Shown: positions 20,701 through 31,448, numbered from the stretch's first letter. The stretch is DNA of 64,000 nt from an uncultured Clostridia bacterium (GCA_948562205.1 CAOYAN010000008.1:1453-65452); one strand, 5' to 3'. Program-made: numbers and translations. Notes: a model not told the origin generated them from the sequence alone.

Positions 20701-22025
20701 TCCTCTACTTTTATTTCTTCTTTAAATTTTACAATAGTATCTATTGCAATATCTGCAAGTCTTTGATACTTTTCTTTTTTATCTTTTATTTTTATATCAA
20801 GTGGCTTTAATATTCCAAAATTTGCATTCATTGGTTGAAAATTTGAATTTTTAGTTGATACATATTTTGCTAAACTGCCAAGCATAGTAGTATCAGGAAA
20901 AGTAATATTTTTTCCCCTAAATCTATTTATAATACTATATGCTACCATCATACCAGATGCAGCAGATTCAACATATCCTTCAACTCCTGATATTTGTCCT
21001 GCAAAATATATATTCTTATTATTTCTCATACAAAAATTTTGATCTAGTATATTTCCACCATTTATATATGAATTTTTATGCATTACTCCATATCTAGCAA
21101 ATACAGCATTTTCAAGACCTGGTATCATTTTAAATACTCTTGCTTGCTCAGAAAATGTAAGACTTGTTTGAAATCCCACTAAATTATACATAGTTTTATC
21201 CTCATTTTCAGCTCTAAGTTGTACAACAGCATAATTTTTTTCTCCAGTTTTTGGATTATCTAAACCTACTGGTTTTAGTGGACCAAATACTAAAGTTTTT
21301 TCTCCACGTTTTGCCATATGTTCTATTGGCATACATCCCTCAAACAAAACAATTTTATCAAAATCATGTCTTGGTGCCTCTTTAGCATTTACAAGTTCTC
21401 TATAAAAATTAGTATATTCTTCCCTTTTCATTGGAAGATTTATATAATCTCCAACTCCTACTTCTCCATACCTATCCATTACATATGCTATATCCATATT
21501 TATACTATCCGCCTCAACTATTGGAGCTGCTGCATCATAGAAATACATGCTTTCTTCACCAACTAAAGCTTTTATATCTTCAAATAATACAATGTCTGTA
21601 AGTGGGCCTGTAGCAATTACTGTAATTTCTGAACCTCTATTAATTTTTTCTACTTTTTCATATATAATCTCTATATTAGGATTATTCTTTATTTCATTTG
21701 TTATCTCAGTTGAAAATTTATCTCTATCAACAGCTAAAGCCTGTCCTGCTGGTACTCTTACATTATGTGCTACTCTAACAAAAAGACTATCTAATATTTC
21801 CATTTCTTTTTTTAGCAGACCACAAGCATTTGTAATAGCATCTGACTTTAGTGAATTACTACATACAAGCTCTGCAAAGTTATCACTTTTATGAGCCTCT
21901 GATTTATATTTTGGTTTCATTTCATATAGTCTTACCTTTATACCATTTTTAGCAAGTATATATGCACATTCACATCCTGCAAGCCCTGCACCTATTACAT
22001 TTACTATTATTTCTTTATTTTCCAT
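20697..22025 (-). CDS. trmFO: methylenetetrahydrofolate--tRNA-(uracil-5)-methyltransferase TrmFO
   Basis: GAGLAGCE FAD-binding N-terminus, LVCSNSLK and GQISGVEGYVESAASG blocks. I chose the ATG at 22025 (MENKE...), downstream of a GAGG RBS. Confidence 0.92.
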   Translation of the reverse strand: MENKEIIVNVIGAGLAGCECAYILAKNGIKVRLYEMKPKYKSEAHKSDNFAELVCSNSLKSDAITNACGLLKKEMEILDSLFVRVAHNVRVPAGQALAVDRDKFSTEITNEIKNNPNIEIIYEKVEKINRGSEITVIATGPLTDIVLFEDIKALVGEESMYFYDAAAPIVEADSINMDIAYVMDRYGEVGVGDYINLPMKREEYTNFYRELVNAKEAPRHDFDKIVLFEGCMPIEHMAKRGEKTLVFGPLKPVGLDNPKTGEKNYAVVQLRAENEDKTMYNLVGFQTSLTFSEQARVFKMIPGLENAVFARYGVMHKNSYINGGNILDQNFCMRNNKNIYFAGQISGVEGYVESAASGMMVAYSIINRFRGKNITFPDTTMLGSLAKYVSTKNSNFQPMNANFGILKPLDIKIKDKKEKYQRLADIAIDTIVKFKEEIKVEE

Positions 22026-22317
22026 TTTATACCTCATTTCATACGTATATTATAATATAATAGTTGAAAATTTACAATTGCTTTAAACTTAAAACTATAC
22101 ATATATAACTAATTTTCAAATATATTTTAATATAAAAGTTTATTAGCATAATATAATAAAATCAATTTTTATCTTTTCCATAATTTAAATCACTTCTATT
22201 GAGTTAAATTTAAATCAACTTTATACTTTAAACTTGTACATTTATGCACTAGATTACACTTTGATAATTTGTTCTTAGTATCCAATTTTATCTCTAAGAT
22301 TATTCACCACACATATT

Positions 22318-23199
22318 TTATTTGCTATTATCCTCTTTCAGGAGTTTTGTTTGATTTTTATCTAACTTACTTATCCCAATTATATTTTTATCATTCATAA
22401 GAACTTCTAATTCTCTTTTAGCAGTTTCATTTAATTTTTCCAATCTAACAATTTGACTAATATTATTCTCAACCATACTAGCGTTTAAAACTTCAAGATT
22501 ACTTAAGACTACTAAGTGTAAAATATCAGTATAATCTCTTATATTGCCATCTAAATTTGGATTTTTCTCTCTCCATTCTTTAGCAGTCATTCCAAATAAT
22601 GCAACATTTATTACATCTGCTTCATTTGCATATACAAATTGCTTTTGCTTTTCAGTTAATTTTGGTACTATATTTTCTTTAATGCTATCAGTATGTATTC
22701 TATAATTAGTTTTAGATAAACTTCTTCTTACTGTCCACTCTATTTCGTTTTGATAATTTTCATTATATTTTAATCTTTCAAATTCTTGAATAAGATATAA
22801 TTTAAAAGCTGGATCAATCCAAGACGCAAATTCAAGGGCAATATCAGGATGAGCAAATGTTCCACCATCATATTTACCTCTTTTACTAACAAATCCTTTA
22901 GCATTTGTCATAGTTACCCATCTTGATGGAGACATCGTAAATGATTGATTAGCAGAATCATTTTTAAACTCGCGAGATTCCGCTAGTTTAAAATTTTGAT
23001 TAAATAATTCTTCCCATAAACAATAAAAATCAAAAGAACTTTTATTACTCATCCACTTTATCACAACATCTCCTGGATTTTCTGGATTTTTATATCTTGC
23101 TAAATCAGTTAATGAAATATAATCAATATTATTAATTCTCATTACAGATACTAAATTGTCTTTTACATTCATTTGTGTTTTTACCATTTCATTTTTCAA
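22318..23199 (-). CDS. KilA-N domain-containing protein
   Basis: 293 aa. DYISLTDLARYKN ... FAHPDIALEFASWIDPAFKLYL is the KilA-N DNA-binding core. TTG start 7 nt after AGGAGG. Confidence 0.75.
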   Translation of the reverse strand: MKNEMVKTQMNVKDNLVSVMRINNIDYISLTDLARYKNPENPGDVVIKWMSNKSSFDFYCLWEELFNQNFKLAESREFKNDSANQSFTMSPSRWVTMTNAKGFVSKRGKYDGGTFAHPDIALEFASWIDPAFKLYLIQEFERLKYNENYQNEIEWTVRRSLSKTNYRIHTDSIKENIVPKLTEKQKQFVYANEADVINVALFGMTAKEWREKNPNLDGNIRDYTDILHLVVLSNLEVLNASMVENNISQIVRLEKLNETAKRELEVLMNDKNIIGISKLDKNQTKLLKEDNSK

Positions 23200-23304
23200 A
23201 TCAATAACCTCCTTATTTCATTTCCATCAAAAAGATTTGATATAGTTTCTAATTTTTTATTTTCCATCTCTATTCCCTCTTTACAACTTTTATTTAAATA
23301 TATA

Positions 23305-23838
23305 TTAATTTCTATTTAGTTCATATTCTTTAATCTCACAATTTTCCAATCCTCTATTTAAAAACATACCATCGTTTATCCCCTCAAAATATGCGCTAAA
23401 GGCTTTTGATACCCCACTATGAGCAACAATAATAACAGTAGTATATTTTTCATTTTTCAAATCATTTATAAAATTATATATTTTATCAAAAAATAATTTA
23501 ATATCCTCTGATGTTCCATAATGAATAGATGTATAATAATTCCAATATTCATCACGATTAGTAACATTTAATGGTTTACCTGATAAACTCCCTGGATCTC
23601 TTTCACTTAACCTATTATCAATAATTATTTTCTTATTATTTAAATTTATAATATTTGCTGTATGCTTTGCTCTAACAAGTGGAGAAGTAATAATAACATC
23701 GTAATTTATATCTTTAATCCTATTTTTTAAAATTTTTGCTTGTTCTATTCCTATTTGATTTAAATCTTCATTTTCATTACTATATATCTTAAGTGCATTA
23801 TGTGGCACTTGTCCATGTCTTATTAAATATATTTTCAT
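23305..23838 (-). CDS. histidine phosphatase (phosphoglycerate mutase family) protein
   Basis: N-terminal LIRHGQ catalytic motif, downstream SPLVRAKHTA and AHSG. 177 aa. Confidence 0.85.
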   Translation of the reverse strand: MKIYLIRHGQVPHNALKIYSNENEDLNQIGIEQAKILKNRIKDINYDVIITSPLVRAKHTANIINLNNKKIIIDNRLSERDPGSLSGKPLNVTNRDEYWNYYTSIHYGTSEDIKLFFDKIYNFINDLKNEKYTTVIIVAHSGVSKAFSAYFEGINDGMFLNRGLENCEIKEYELNRN

Positions 23839-24021
23839 ACTCTACCTCTCCTATTTTACTAAAAAGTATAACATTTCAAATCACTTCTTGTAAAGACTTT
23901 TTACAACATTTTTTGTTCTTTTCATCGCATATTTCTACATATATTATTTGTAATTTACATTTGTTTTAAGAAAAAAATTAGAATAATTTTACTTACCCTA
24001 ATCTCTTTTCTAATATATATT

Positions 24022-25660
24022 CTATAATTTATATTTAACTTTATTTTCTTTTAAAAATGTTTTATAACTTCTATCACAAGTATCCTTAAAACCTTTACCA
24101 AAAGATATATCATATCTATTTATGTATGAGTCATAAATAATTTTATCATAAAATGGTAACAATGCTGTATTAACAAATATTGGAAGTGCACTTTCTGGTA
24201 TCATATTTCTTATACATTCTTCAAGTCCTTTTACATAATAAATATAATCTGTATCCATAAATACAGTATATTCTTTATCATATTTATACAATATAAATTC
24301 TTTTTTTATTTTCTTTTCATTCCAATTTCTAATTATATTAATATTTTCATTATCTAGTTTATCAGGATTTTTTAAAATATACTCATTAATTATATTTTTA
24401 TCACTCCATAGTTTTTCTCTAATTTCAATCATTTCTTCTGGCTCTGCATCAAATATATCCTTAATATTTTCTAATTTATCGTTTATATGAAATTTTTTAT
24501 TTGTGTAATGAAATAAGAAATTTCTTAACATAAAAAATTGCATTCCTTCTTCTTTTTCTACACAATCATCATATTGTATATCTCTAAAATCTACTTTAAT
24601 AACCTTATTTAAACAGCAATGTTTATACTTGCGACCACTGCCGACATGGACATGGATCATTTCTTCCAATTTTACTTTTTTTCTTTAATTCTTCCTCTTT
24701 TTGTCTTTTTTCCATTTCTATTTTAAATAATTCATTTGAAGAATACCCATATAACACATATTGTGGAATACTATTGTGTAAATTAAATACTAATTGTAAA
24801 TATTCATTTGCTTCATCTATATCATTTAAATTTATATTTATTAATTTTTTCATACTATCAATATTAGTTTCAGACATATTCATAATATCTATAATCATGC
24901 TTGTTACTATTTCTGTAGAATACTGTATTTTTCTTTTTTCCAGAAACTCCTTAATTTCTTTTGCCTCTTTACGTTCCACCAAATTGTCCATTCTGCGCTC
25001 TTTTAATTCTTCTATTGTACACTCTCTATAATATAAATCTCTTATTTCTCTTTGTTCAATGATCTCCTCTGGTTTTTCTACTAAACTACTTACAAGGTAT
25101 TTTTCATCCTCACAGTCCCCTATTATAACATCATTTCTTAAATCTATTTGATTATATAATAGTATATACATAAAATTCATATCAATTTCATAATTTAATA
25201 GTTTATTTAAAATATTAAGTACTTCATAATCTTCAATTAGACCATATACATCTACTATATTAATAATTAAATTAGCAATTTTATGAGTTATTTTTACTTT
25301 TTCTTCATTTTTTTTATTAATAAACTTTATAAACTTATCTTTCATTCCATTAGTAAATTTAATGTGTATATTTTTTTCATTAATAGTAGATTCTTCAACA
25401 ACTAATATATCTTCTAAAAAGTAAACTTCAGCCTCATATTCTAGATTTACATCTATACCATTTTCATCTGATTGTACTAGTTTTTTTAATAAATTGTATA
25501 TTTTATTATTAATAATAATGAAAAGTTCATCAATATTTTCACTATACATATTATTTAGCATTTCCAATAATTCATCTTTTTTCATTGATTTTTCTGGAAA
25601 TCTTCCTAAATAATTTAATGCCTCTATTAATTTATTTTTTGTAATACTCATATTTATCAC
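24022..25660 (-). pseudogene. SEC-C motif protein interrupted by a +1 frameshift
   Basis: ORF 24623..25660 ends ...GRNDPCPCRQWSQV*. The overlapping ORF 24022..24669 reads ...GSGRKYKHCC. Joining them at about 24643 restores the SEC-C motif DPCPCGSGRKYKHCC. The 1639-nt span is not a multiple of 3. Confidence 0.8.
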
Positions 25661-25764
25661 ATCCTTATTAATATCTTCATTATACCATATTATTCCAGTT
25701 TTTACTATAGAAATACAAAAATTAGAGCATTTATAAAAGTCATTTTTATAAATACCCTAATTTT

Positions 25765-27759
25765 TTATTTATCTTCTTTTTTTGGTTTATTCCAAGATAT
25801 AAAATCACATTTACTATTTTCACTGTTTGTATTATTTTCACAAACATAAAAACTTCTTTTAGTTTTAGTCTTCTTAATTAAAATATTACCACCACATTTT
25901 GGGCATGGAACATCTACAGTTTGAACAATAGGTTTAGTATTTTTACACTCTGGATATCCAGGACATGCTAAGAACTTACCAAATCTACCTTGTTTTATAA
26001 CCATATTTCTTCCACAAATCTCACACTTTTCATCACTTACTTGCTCTGGTATTTTAACCTTTTCAATTTTATCTTCAACATCTTCTAGATTTTTCATAAA
26101 AGGCTCATAAAATTCATGTAACATTTCAACATAATTCTCTTTATTTTCAGCGACCATATCAAGCTTTGTTTCCATTTCTGCTGTAAACTTTAAATCAACA
26201 ATATCTTTGAAATTTTCTTCCATCATATTATCAACAATCTCTCCAAGTTCTGTAGGTACCAAATACTTATTTTCTTTTTCAATATATACTCTATCTTGAA
26301 GTGTAGAAATTGTTGGGGCATATGTACTAGGACGCCCAATTCCTTTTTCTTCCATTGCTTTTACAAGACTTGCCTCTGTATATCGTACAGGTGGCTCTGT
26401 AAACTTTTGCTCTGCTTTTAAATCTTTTTGAGTTAAAATATCTCCAACATTTAATATAGGTAAATTGTTATTTTCAGTTTCTTCATCTTCTTGATCTGTA
26501 TCTTTACCTTTTGCCTTTGCATCTTTTCCCTCAATATATAATTTCATAAATCCATCAAATTTTATAACACTACCATTTACATGGAATATATAATCTTCAA
26601 CTTGAATTCTAATTTTTGTAGTATCATATATAGCAATAGCCATTTGAGATGCAAGAAATCTATTTTTTATTAAATTGTATAATTTCTCTTCATCTTTTTC
26701 AAGACTTAGGTTTGCATCAACATGGGTTGGTCTAATAGCCTCATGAGCGTCTTGTGCATTACCTTTAGCTTTAAATACTCTATCAGTATAGTATTTATCT
26801 CCATACTCAGATTTAATATATTCTTTTGCCATAGCTTTTGCTTCATCTGAAAGTCTAGTAGAATCAGTTCTCATATATGTAATATGACCTGACTCATATA
26901 GTCTTTGAGCGATCATCATAGTTCTTTTTACACCATATCCTAATTTTCTTGATGCCTCTTGTTGAAGTGATGATGTAGTAAATGGTGCAGGAGGATTTTT
27001 CTTTCTCTCACTTTTTTTAACTTCAATAACTTTATATTCTTTATTATCAATTTTTCTTAATATTTCATTTACTTGTACTTCATTTTTTAGTTCTATTTTT
27101 CCATTTATATTCCCATAAAATTTAGCAAGTACTATATCTTTTCCAGTAGAAAGTTTAGCCAAAATCAACCAATATTCTTCAGATTTAAAATTTCTTATCT
27201 CTCTTTCTCTATCCATAATAATCTTTAATGCAACTGACTGTACTCTACCTGCACTAAGACCTTTTTTAATTTTTTTCCAAAGAAGTGGAGATAATTTATA
27301 TCCAACTATTCTATCTAAAATTCTTCTTGCTTGTTGTGCATCAACTAAATTTTGATCAACCTTTCTTGGATTTTTAACGGCTTTTTTAACAGCATTTTGA
27401 GTTATCTCATGAAATTCAATCCTACACTCTTCATTATCATTAATATTTAACACATTTTTTATATGCCAAGCAATAGCCTCACCCTCACGATCAGGGTCGG
27501 TTGCAAGATATACTTTATCTTTATTTTTAGCCTCATCTTTTATTTGTTTAACTATTTTTGCCTTACCTTTCATAACTTTATATTCTGGCTTAAAATCATT
27601 TTCGGTATCTACTGCCATTTTACTAACTGGTAAGTCGATTATATGACCTTGTGAAGCAATTACTTCATAATCACTTCCTAAGTACTTTTTAATAGTCTTT
27701 GCCTTAGATGGCGACTCAACTATAACTAATTTATTTGCCAATTTAATCAAACCTTTCAT
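25765..27759 (-). CDS. topA: DNA topoisomerase I
   Basis: TOPRIM N-terminus (LVIVESPSKAKTI), active-site region ITYMRTDS, C-terminal CxxC zinc ribbons. The real start may be the TTG at about 27741. Confidence 0.95.
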   Translation of the reverse strand: MKGLIKLANKLVIVESPSKAKTIKKYLGSDYEVIASQGHIIDLPVSKMAVDTENDFKPEYKVMKGKAKIVKQIKDEAKNKDKVYLATDPDREGEAIAWHIKNVLNINDNEECRIEFHEITQNAVKKAVKNPRKVDQNLVDAQQARRILDRIVGYKLSPLLWKKIKKGLSAGRVQSVALKIIMDREREIRNFKSEEYWLILAKLSTGKDIVLAKFYGNINGKIELKNEVQVNEILRKIDNKEYKVIEVKKSERKKNPPAPFTTSSLQQEASRKLGYGVKRTMMIAQRLYESGHITYMRTDSTRLSDEAKAMAKEYIKSEYGDKYYTDRVFKAKGNAQDAHEAIRPTHVDANLSLEKDEEKLYNLIKNRFLASQMAIAIYDTTKIRIQVEDYIFHVNGSVIKFDGFMKLYIEGKDAKAKGKDTDQEDEETENNNLPILNVGDILTQKDLKAEQKFTEPPVRYTEASLVKAMEEKGIGRPSTYAPTISTLQDRVYIEKENKYLVPTELGEIVDNMMEENFKDIVDLKFTAEMETKLDMVAENKENYVEMLHEFYEPFMKNLEDVEDKIEKVKIPEQVSDEKCEICGRNMVIKQGRFGKFLACPGYPECKNTKPIVQTVDVPCPKCGGNILIKKTKTKRSFYVCENNTNSENSKCDFISWNKPKKEDK

Positions 27760-27796
27760 TACTGATTTTTTATTATAACATATAAAAATTAGACAA

Positions 27797-28942
27797 TCAA
27801 TCCTTATATAATATATTTAATAAATTTGTAAGACATCTTGTAGCAAGTACTGCTTCATCAATAGTATTACCTGTTGCTCCAACCTCTACAAGAAGTGAAT
27901 ATTTATTTACATCTTGATTATATGTAGCATCTCTAATTATCATTGGTTTAAAAAGTCCTGGATACACTTTTTCTGCAAGCGTTTGAATTTGAAGTGCGAG
28001 TGCTAAATTATCTTCATAATACTCGTTTTCATCAGAATCATAACCAACACCCATAACAAGCATAAGCTGTGCTACTTGTACCCCTTTTATATCTGCAACT
28101 GGTCTATACTCTAAATTTTCAATTGCATCTCTGTGTACATCGATTATAATAGATGCACCACCCATATTATTTAGTGCATTTGTAATTGTAGTACGTGATT
28201 TAGAATATGCACTTGTATATGAGCCATAATCATGTGGTGTAGTATTATGTGTTGAATTAAAACCTTTTGAATTTAGACTTGCATTTAATTCTTTACCTAC
28301 TTTTAGCATATTAAAATTTGCATCTGTAGATCTCATAACACCAGTATAATCAAATTTATATTTTTCGCTATTGGTATATGTCTCAGACGTATGGGTACTA
28401 TATAACAAAATTTTATCTGTTTTTTTAGTAAGATATATATTTTTTTCAAGTAATTCTTTAAAATTAAGTTTTCTTTTTGAAGAATAATTAAGCAAATTAA
28501 TATTTCCAAAAGTAACCCTTTGTAAACTATTGTTTTCAGCAGTTATAACCGCCTCTGGAATATTTGAAAATACACTTTGTACTTCAAAATCTTTAGCAGC
28601 CATATCTATTACTTCATACTCATCCATATTCTCACTGATACTTGCTTGGACTACATTACTTTCTTCCTCTGTTTTTTCACTTAATTTATAATTGTTTTTA
28701 TTAAATATACCTTGGGCTTTAGCAATATCTAATATACTATGATCTGTCTTTTTAGTCTCTCTAAAATTAGTTGAAAACATCAATATATTTTTAGAAATAC
28801 TACTACTGTTTACTACAAGATATAGTATACAAGTAAAAATAACAAAATATACTACAATATATATATTAACAAAAATTTTATCAAAAATATTTAAAATTCT
28901 ACTCTTATTTTTTTGACCTAAAAAAGCAACCGCAACTTTCAC
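27797..28942 (-). CDS. spoIIP: stage II sporulation protein P
   Basis: N-terminal TM anchor and a C-terminal amidase-like domain with IIIDVHRDA and LLVEVG motifs typical of SpoIIP. Confidence 0.85.
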   Translation of the reverse strand: MKVAVAFLGQKNKSRILNIFDKIFVNIYIVVYFVIFTCILYLVVNSSSISKNILMFSTNFRETKKTDHSILDIAKAQGIFNKNNYKLSEKTEEESNVVQASISENMDEYEVIDMAAKDFEVQSVFSNIPEAVITAENNSLQRVTFGNINLLNYSSKRKLNFKELLEKNIYLTKKTDKILLYSTHTSETYTNSEKYKFDYTGVMRSTDANFNMLKVGKELNASLNSKGFNSTHNTTPHDYGSYTSAYSKSRTTITNALNNMGGASIIIDVHRDAIENLEYRPVADIKGVQVAQLMLVMGVGYDSDENEYYEDNLALALQIQTLAEKVYPGLFKPMIIRDATYNQDVNKYSLLVEVGATGNTIDEAVLATRCLTNLLNILYKD

Positions 28943-28992
28943 TAAAACATCTCCTTATGTTTTATTTTATTACGGTTATTTTTTATATATTA

Positions 28993-29412
28993 CTAATCTA
29001 GTAAATTATTCATCTCTTGACTATATTGATTAAGTAATCTAACAGTCTTTTCTTTTAAGTCAATTACATCTTTTTTAAGATCAAGAAGTTTTTCTTTTTC
29101 CATTTCTATTAAATGTTCAATTCTATCTTTTTCTTGCATAGCTTCATTTCTTGAAGATTCAATTATTTTTTTTGCTTGATCTTCTGCTGTTATTAATGCA
29201 TTTGCTACTTTTTCTTGTCTTTGAACATAATCAAATTCATATTTTTCAAGCTTTTTCTTTACTATTGTAAGTTCATTTGCAACTCTATTTGCATCTGAAC
29301 GTTCAGCTTGTAATTTACTTTCATATTCTGCTTTTAGAGATTTTACATATTCTTCTACTTCTTTTTTATCGTATCCAAACATTTCAGTTCCAAATTTTTT
29401 TTCGTTCTCCAT
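28993..29412 (-). CDS. DivIVA-domain protein
   Basis: N-terminal F-GYDKKEVEEYV motif followed by coiled coil. I chose the ATG at 29412, after a GGAGGGAG RBS. Confidence 0.7.
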   Translation of the reverse strand: MENEKKFGTEMFGYDKKEVEEYVKSLKAEYESKLQAERSDANRVANELTIVKKKLEKYEFDYVQRQEKVANALITAEDQAKKIIESSRNEAMQEKDRIEHLIEMEKEKLLDLKKDVIDLKEKTVRLLNQYSQEMNNLLD

Positions 29413-29530
29413 TATAACTCCCTCCATGCTTTATAAATTTACGAGTTTATTATATCAGATAATTTATTCTATTTCAACATTTTTTTATAACAAAATATAA
29501 AAAATAAATTTAGTTTTTTTAATAAAAAAC

Positions 29531-29559
29531 TTATAAAATAGTAATTTTTACAAATAATA
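29531..29559 (+). promoter_or_regulatory. putative sporulation-sigma promoter of the spoVA operon
   Basis: TTATA (29531-35), 17 nt, AATAATA (29553-59). Shares the identical 17-mer TTTTTACAAATAATATT with the site at 32081-32097. Confidence 0.4.
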
Positions 29560-29574
29560 TTTGTGGTGATGATT

Positions 29575-30039
29575 ATGAATACAAATGTCAATATGACAAA
29601 TAAAGAATATGCTGATTATGTTGATAAAAAAGCTAAAAATAGTCCAATATTTAAAGATTTATTACTTGCTTTTATTGTTGGTGGTATTATATGTATGATT
29701 GGACAATTTATAATAGATATATCAATGAAATTTGGTATATCTCAAGATGATTCAAAAATTGTATGTTGTATAATTTTAATATTTTTAGGAGCTTTTTTAA
29801 CTTCTATTAATCTATATTCTAAACTTGGAAAATTTGCAGGAGCAGGATCAATTATTCCTATAACTGGTTTTTCTAACTCTATAGTAGCACCTGCAATAGA
29901 ATTTAAAACAGAAGGTTATATACTAGGTCTTGGAGCAAATATGTTCAAAATTGCAGGTCCCGTTTTAGTATATGGTATAAGTAGTTCTGTTGCAGTAGGA
30001 TTTATATACTGGATAATTAAAATTATAGGAGGTGTTTAA
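29575..30039 (+). CDS. spoVAC: stage V sporulation protein AC
   Basis: SpoVAC pattern FIVGGIICMIGQ ... GAGSIIPITGF. Start ambiguous (29563/29569/29575); I chose the ATG after GGTGAT. Confidence 0.9.
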   Translation: MNTNVNMTNKEYADYVDKKAKNSPIFKDLLLAFIVGGIICMIGQFIIDISMKFGISQDDSKIVCCIILIFLGAFLTSINLYSKLGKFAGAGSIIPITGFSNSIVAPAIEFKTEGYILGLGANMFKIAGPVLVYGISSSVAVGFIYWIIKIIGGV

Positions 30040-30040
30040 T

Positions 30041-31057
30041 TTGAAAATTGGAAAACAAACTATAAAACTTGAAAATACTCCAAAAATACTTCAAACTTCT
30101 AGCATGGTTGGACCAAAAGAAAAACAAGGTCCTTTAAGTGCATATTTTGATTTAGATACTAAAGATATATTCTTAGGAGAAAAAAGTTTTGAGAAGGCAG
30201 AAAGTAAAATGATGGAGACTTGTATAAACAATTTACTTAAGAAAGCCTCAAAAAATCCTGAAGACATAGATTATATATTTGCTGGTGACTTGCTTAATCA
30301 ATGTATTTCTTCTGGTTATTGTATGAGAAATTTAGGAATTCCATTCTTTGGACTGTATGGAGCATGTTCTACATTTTGTGAATCTCTAACACTTGCCTCT
30401 TTATTTGTAAATGCAGGATATGCGAAAAAGACAATAGCTGCAACCTCATCTCACTTTTGTAGTGCAGAAAGACAGTTTAGAATGCCACTAGAGCATGGAA
30501 ATCAAAAAAGTCCAACTGCTCAGTGTACTGTAACTGCTTCTGGTAGTGCTATAGTAGTTGAAAAAGATTATGGAATACCTGGACCATATATAACTCATGT
30601 AACACCTGGAAAAATAATAGATTATAACATAACTGATATGACAAATATGGGAGCTGCAATGGCTCCAGCAGCGTTTAATACTATTGCTACACACTTGCAA
30701 GATACTGGTAGAACTCCAGACTATTATGATGCAATTGTAACAGGAGATTTAGGAGTTTTGGGCTCTGAAATATTAGTTGATACATTTATGAGAGAAAATA
30801 TAGATTTAAATGGTATACATGCAGACTGTGGTGCCTTAATATATAATCATGATGAGCAAGATACACACTGTGGTGGTAGTGGTTGTGGTTGTATGGCTAG
30901 TGTATTTAGTGGATATTTCTTTGAACAACTAAAAACTAAAAAAATGAATAAAATTTTAATTGTTGCAACTGGTGCTCTTATGAGTCCTCTATCTTCTCAA
31001 CAAGGCGAATCAATCCCTGGAATTGCACATGCAGTTGCCATAGAAAACGAGGTGTAA
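30041..31057 (+). CDS. spoVAD: stage V sporulation protein AD
   Basis: Collinear with B. subtilis SpoVAD as I remember it (GPKEKQGPL, GDLLNQ, GACST, SSHF.SAERQFR, GGSGCGC, VATGALMSP). TTG start at 30041 after GGAGGTG. Confidence 0.93.
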   Translation: MKIGKQTIKLENTPKILQTSSMVGPKEKQGPLSAYFDLDTKDIFLGEKSFEKAESKMMETCINNLLKKASKNPEDIDYIFAGDLLNQCISSGYCMRNLGIPFFGLYGACSTFCESLTLASLFVNAGYAKKTIAATSSHFCSAERQFRMPLEHGNQKSPTAQCTVTASGSAIVVEKDYGIPGPYITHVTPGKIIDYNITDMTNMGAAMAPAAFNTIATHLQDTGRTPDYYDAIVTGDLGVLGSEILVDTFMRENIDLNGIHADCGALIYNHDEQDTHCGGSGCGCMASVFSGYFFEQLKTKKMNKILIVATGALMSPLSSQQGESIPGIAHAVAIENEV

Positions 31058-31058
31058 T

Positions 31059-31424
31059 ATGGATATTTTTATTGAATATTTAAAGGTATTTGTAACTGGT
31101 GGACTTATATGTTTAATTGGTCAAATATTAATAGATAAAACAAAAATAACTCCTGCAAGAATACTAGTTATATTCTTAACAATGGGTGTTATACTATCTG
31201 CTATTGGGCTATATCAACCATTAATAGACTTTGGTGGTGCTGGTGCCACAGTTCCTATTTCTGGCTTTGGATCTAATCTTGCACAAGGTGTAATAAAAGA
31301 GGTAGACAACATAGGTTTTCTAGGAATATTTACAGGTGGTGTAAAAGCTGCATCTGCTGGTATTAGTGCAGCAATTGTATTCGGATTTTTAGCATCCCTT
31401 TTTGCAAAACCTACAATAAAATAA
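31059..31424 (+). CDS. spoVAE: stage V sporulation protein AEb
   Basis: 121 aa membrane protein. GGAGATVPISGFG motif. Follows spoVAD by 1 nt. Confidence 0.88.
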   Translation: MDIFIEYLKVFVTGGLICLIGQILIDKTKITPARILVIFLTMGVILSAIGLYQPLIDFGGAGATVPISGFGSNLAQGVIKEVDNIGFLGIFTGGVKAASAGISAAIVFGFLASLFAKPTIK

Positions 31425-31426
31425 TT

Positions 31427-31448
31427 AATGCTGGCAATTGCCAGCATT
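31427..31448. terminator. palindromic terminator between spoVAE and the convergent gene
   Basis: Perfect palindrome AATGCTGGCAATTGCCAGCATT followed by TT on the plus strand. Confidence 0.7.

Noticed and set aside
30488-31447. Minus-strand ORFs 30488..30700 and 31214..31447 inside the spoVA operon.
   Set aside because: They are antisense to the highly conserved spoVAD and spoVAEb coding sequence, and I recognised no similarity to any known family by eye.
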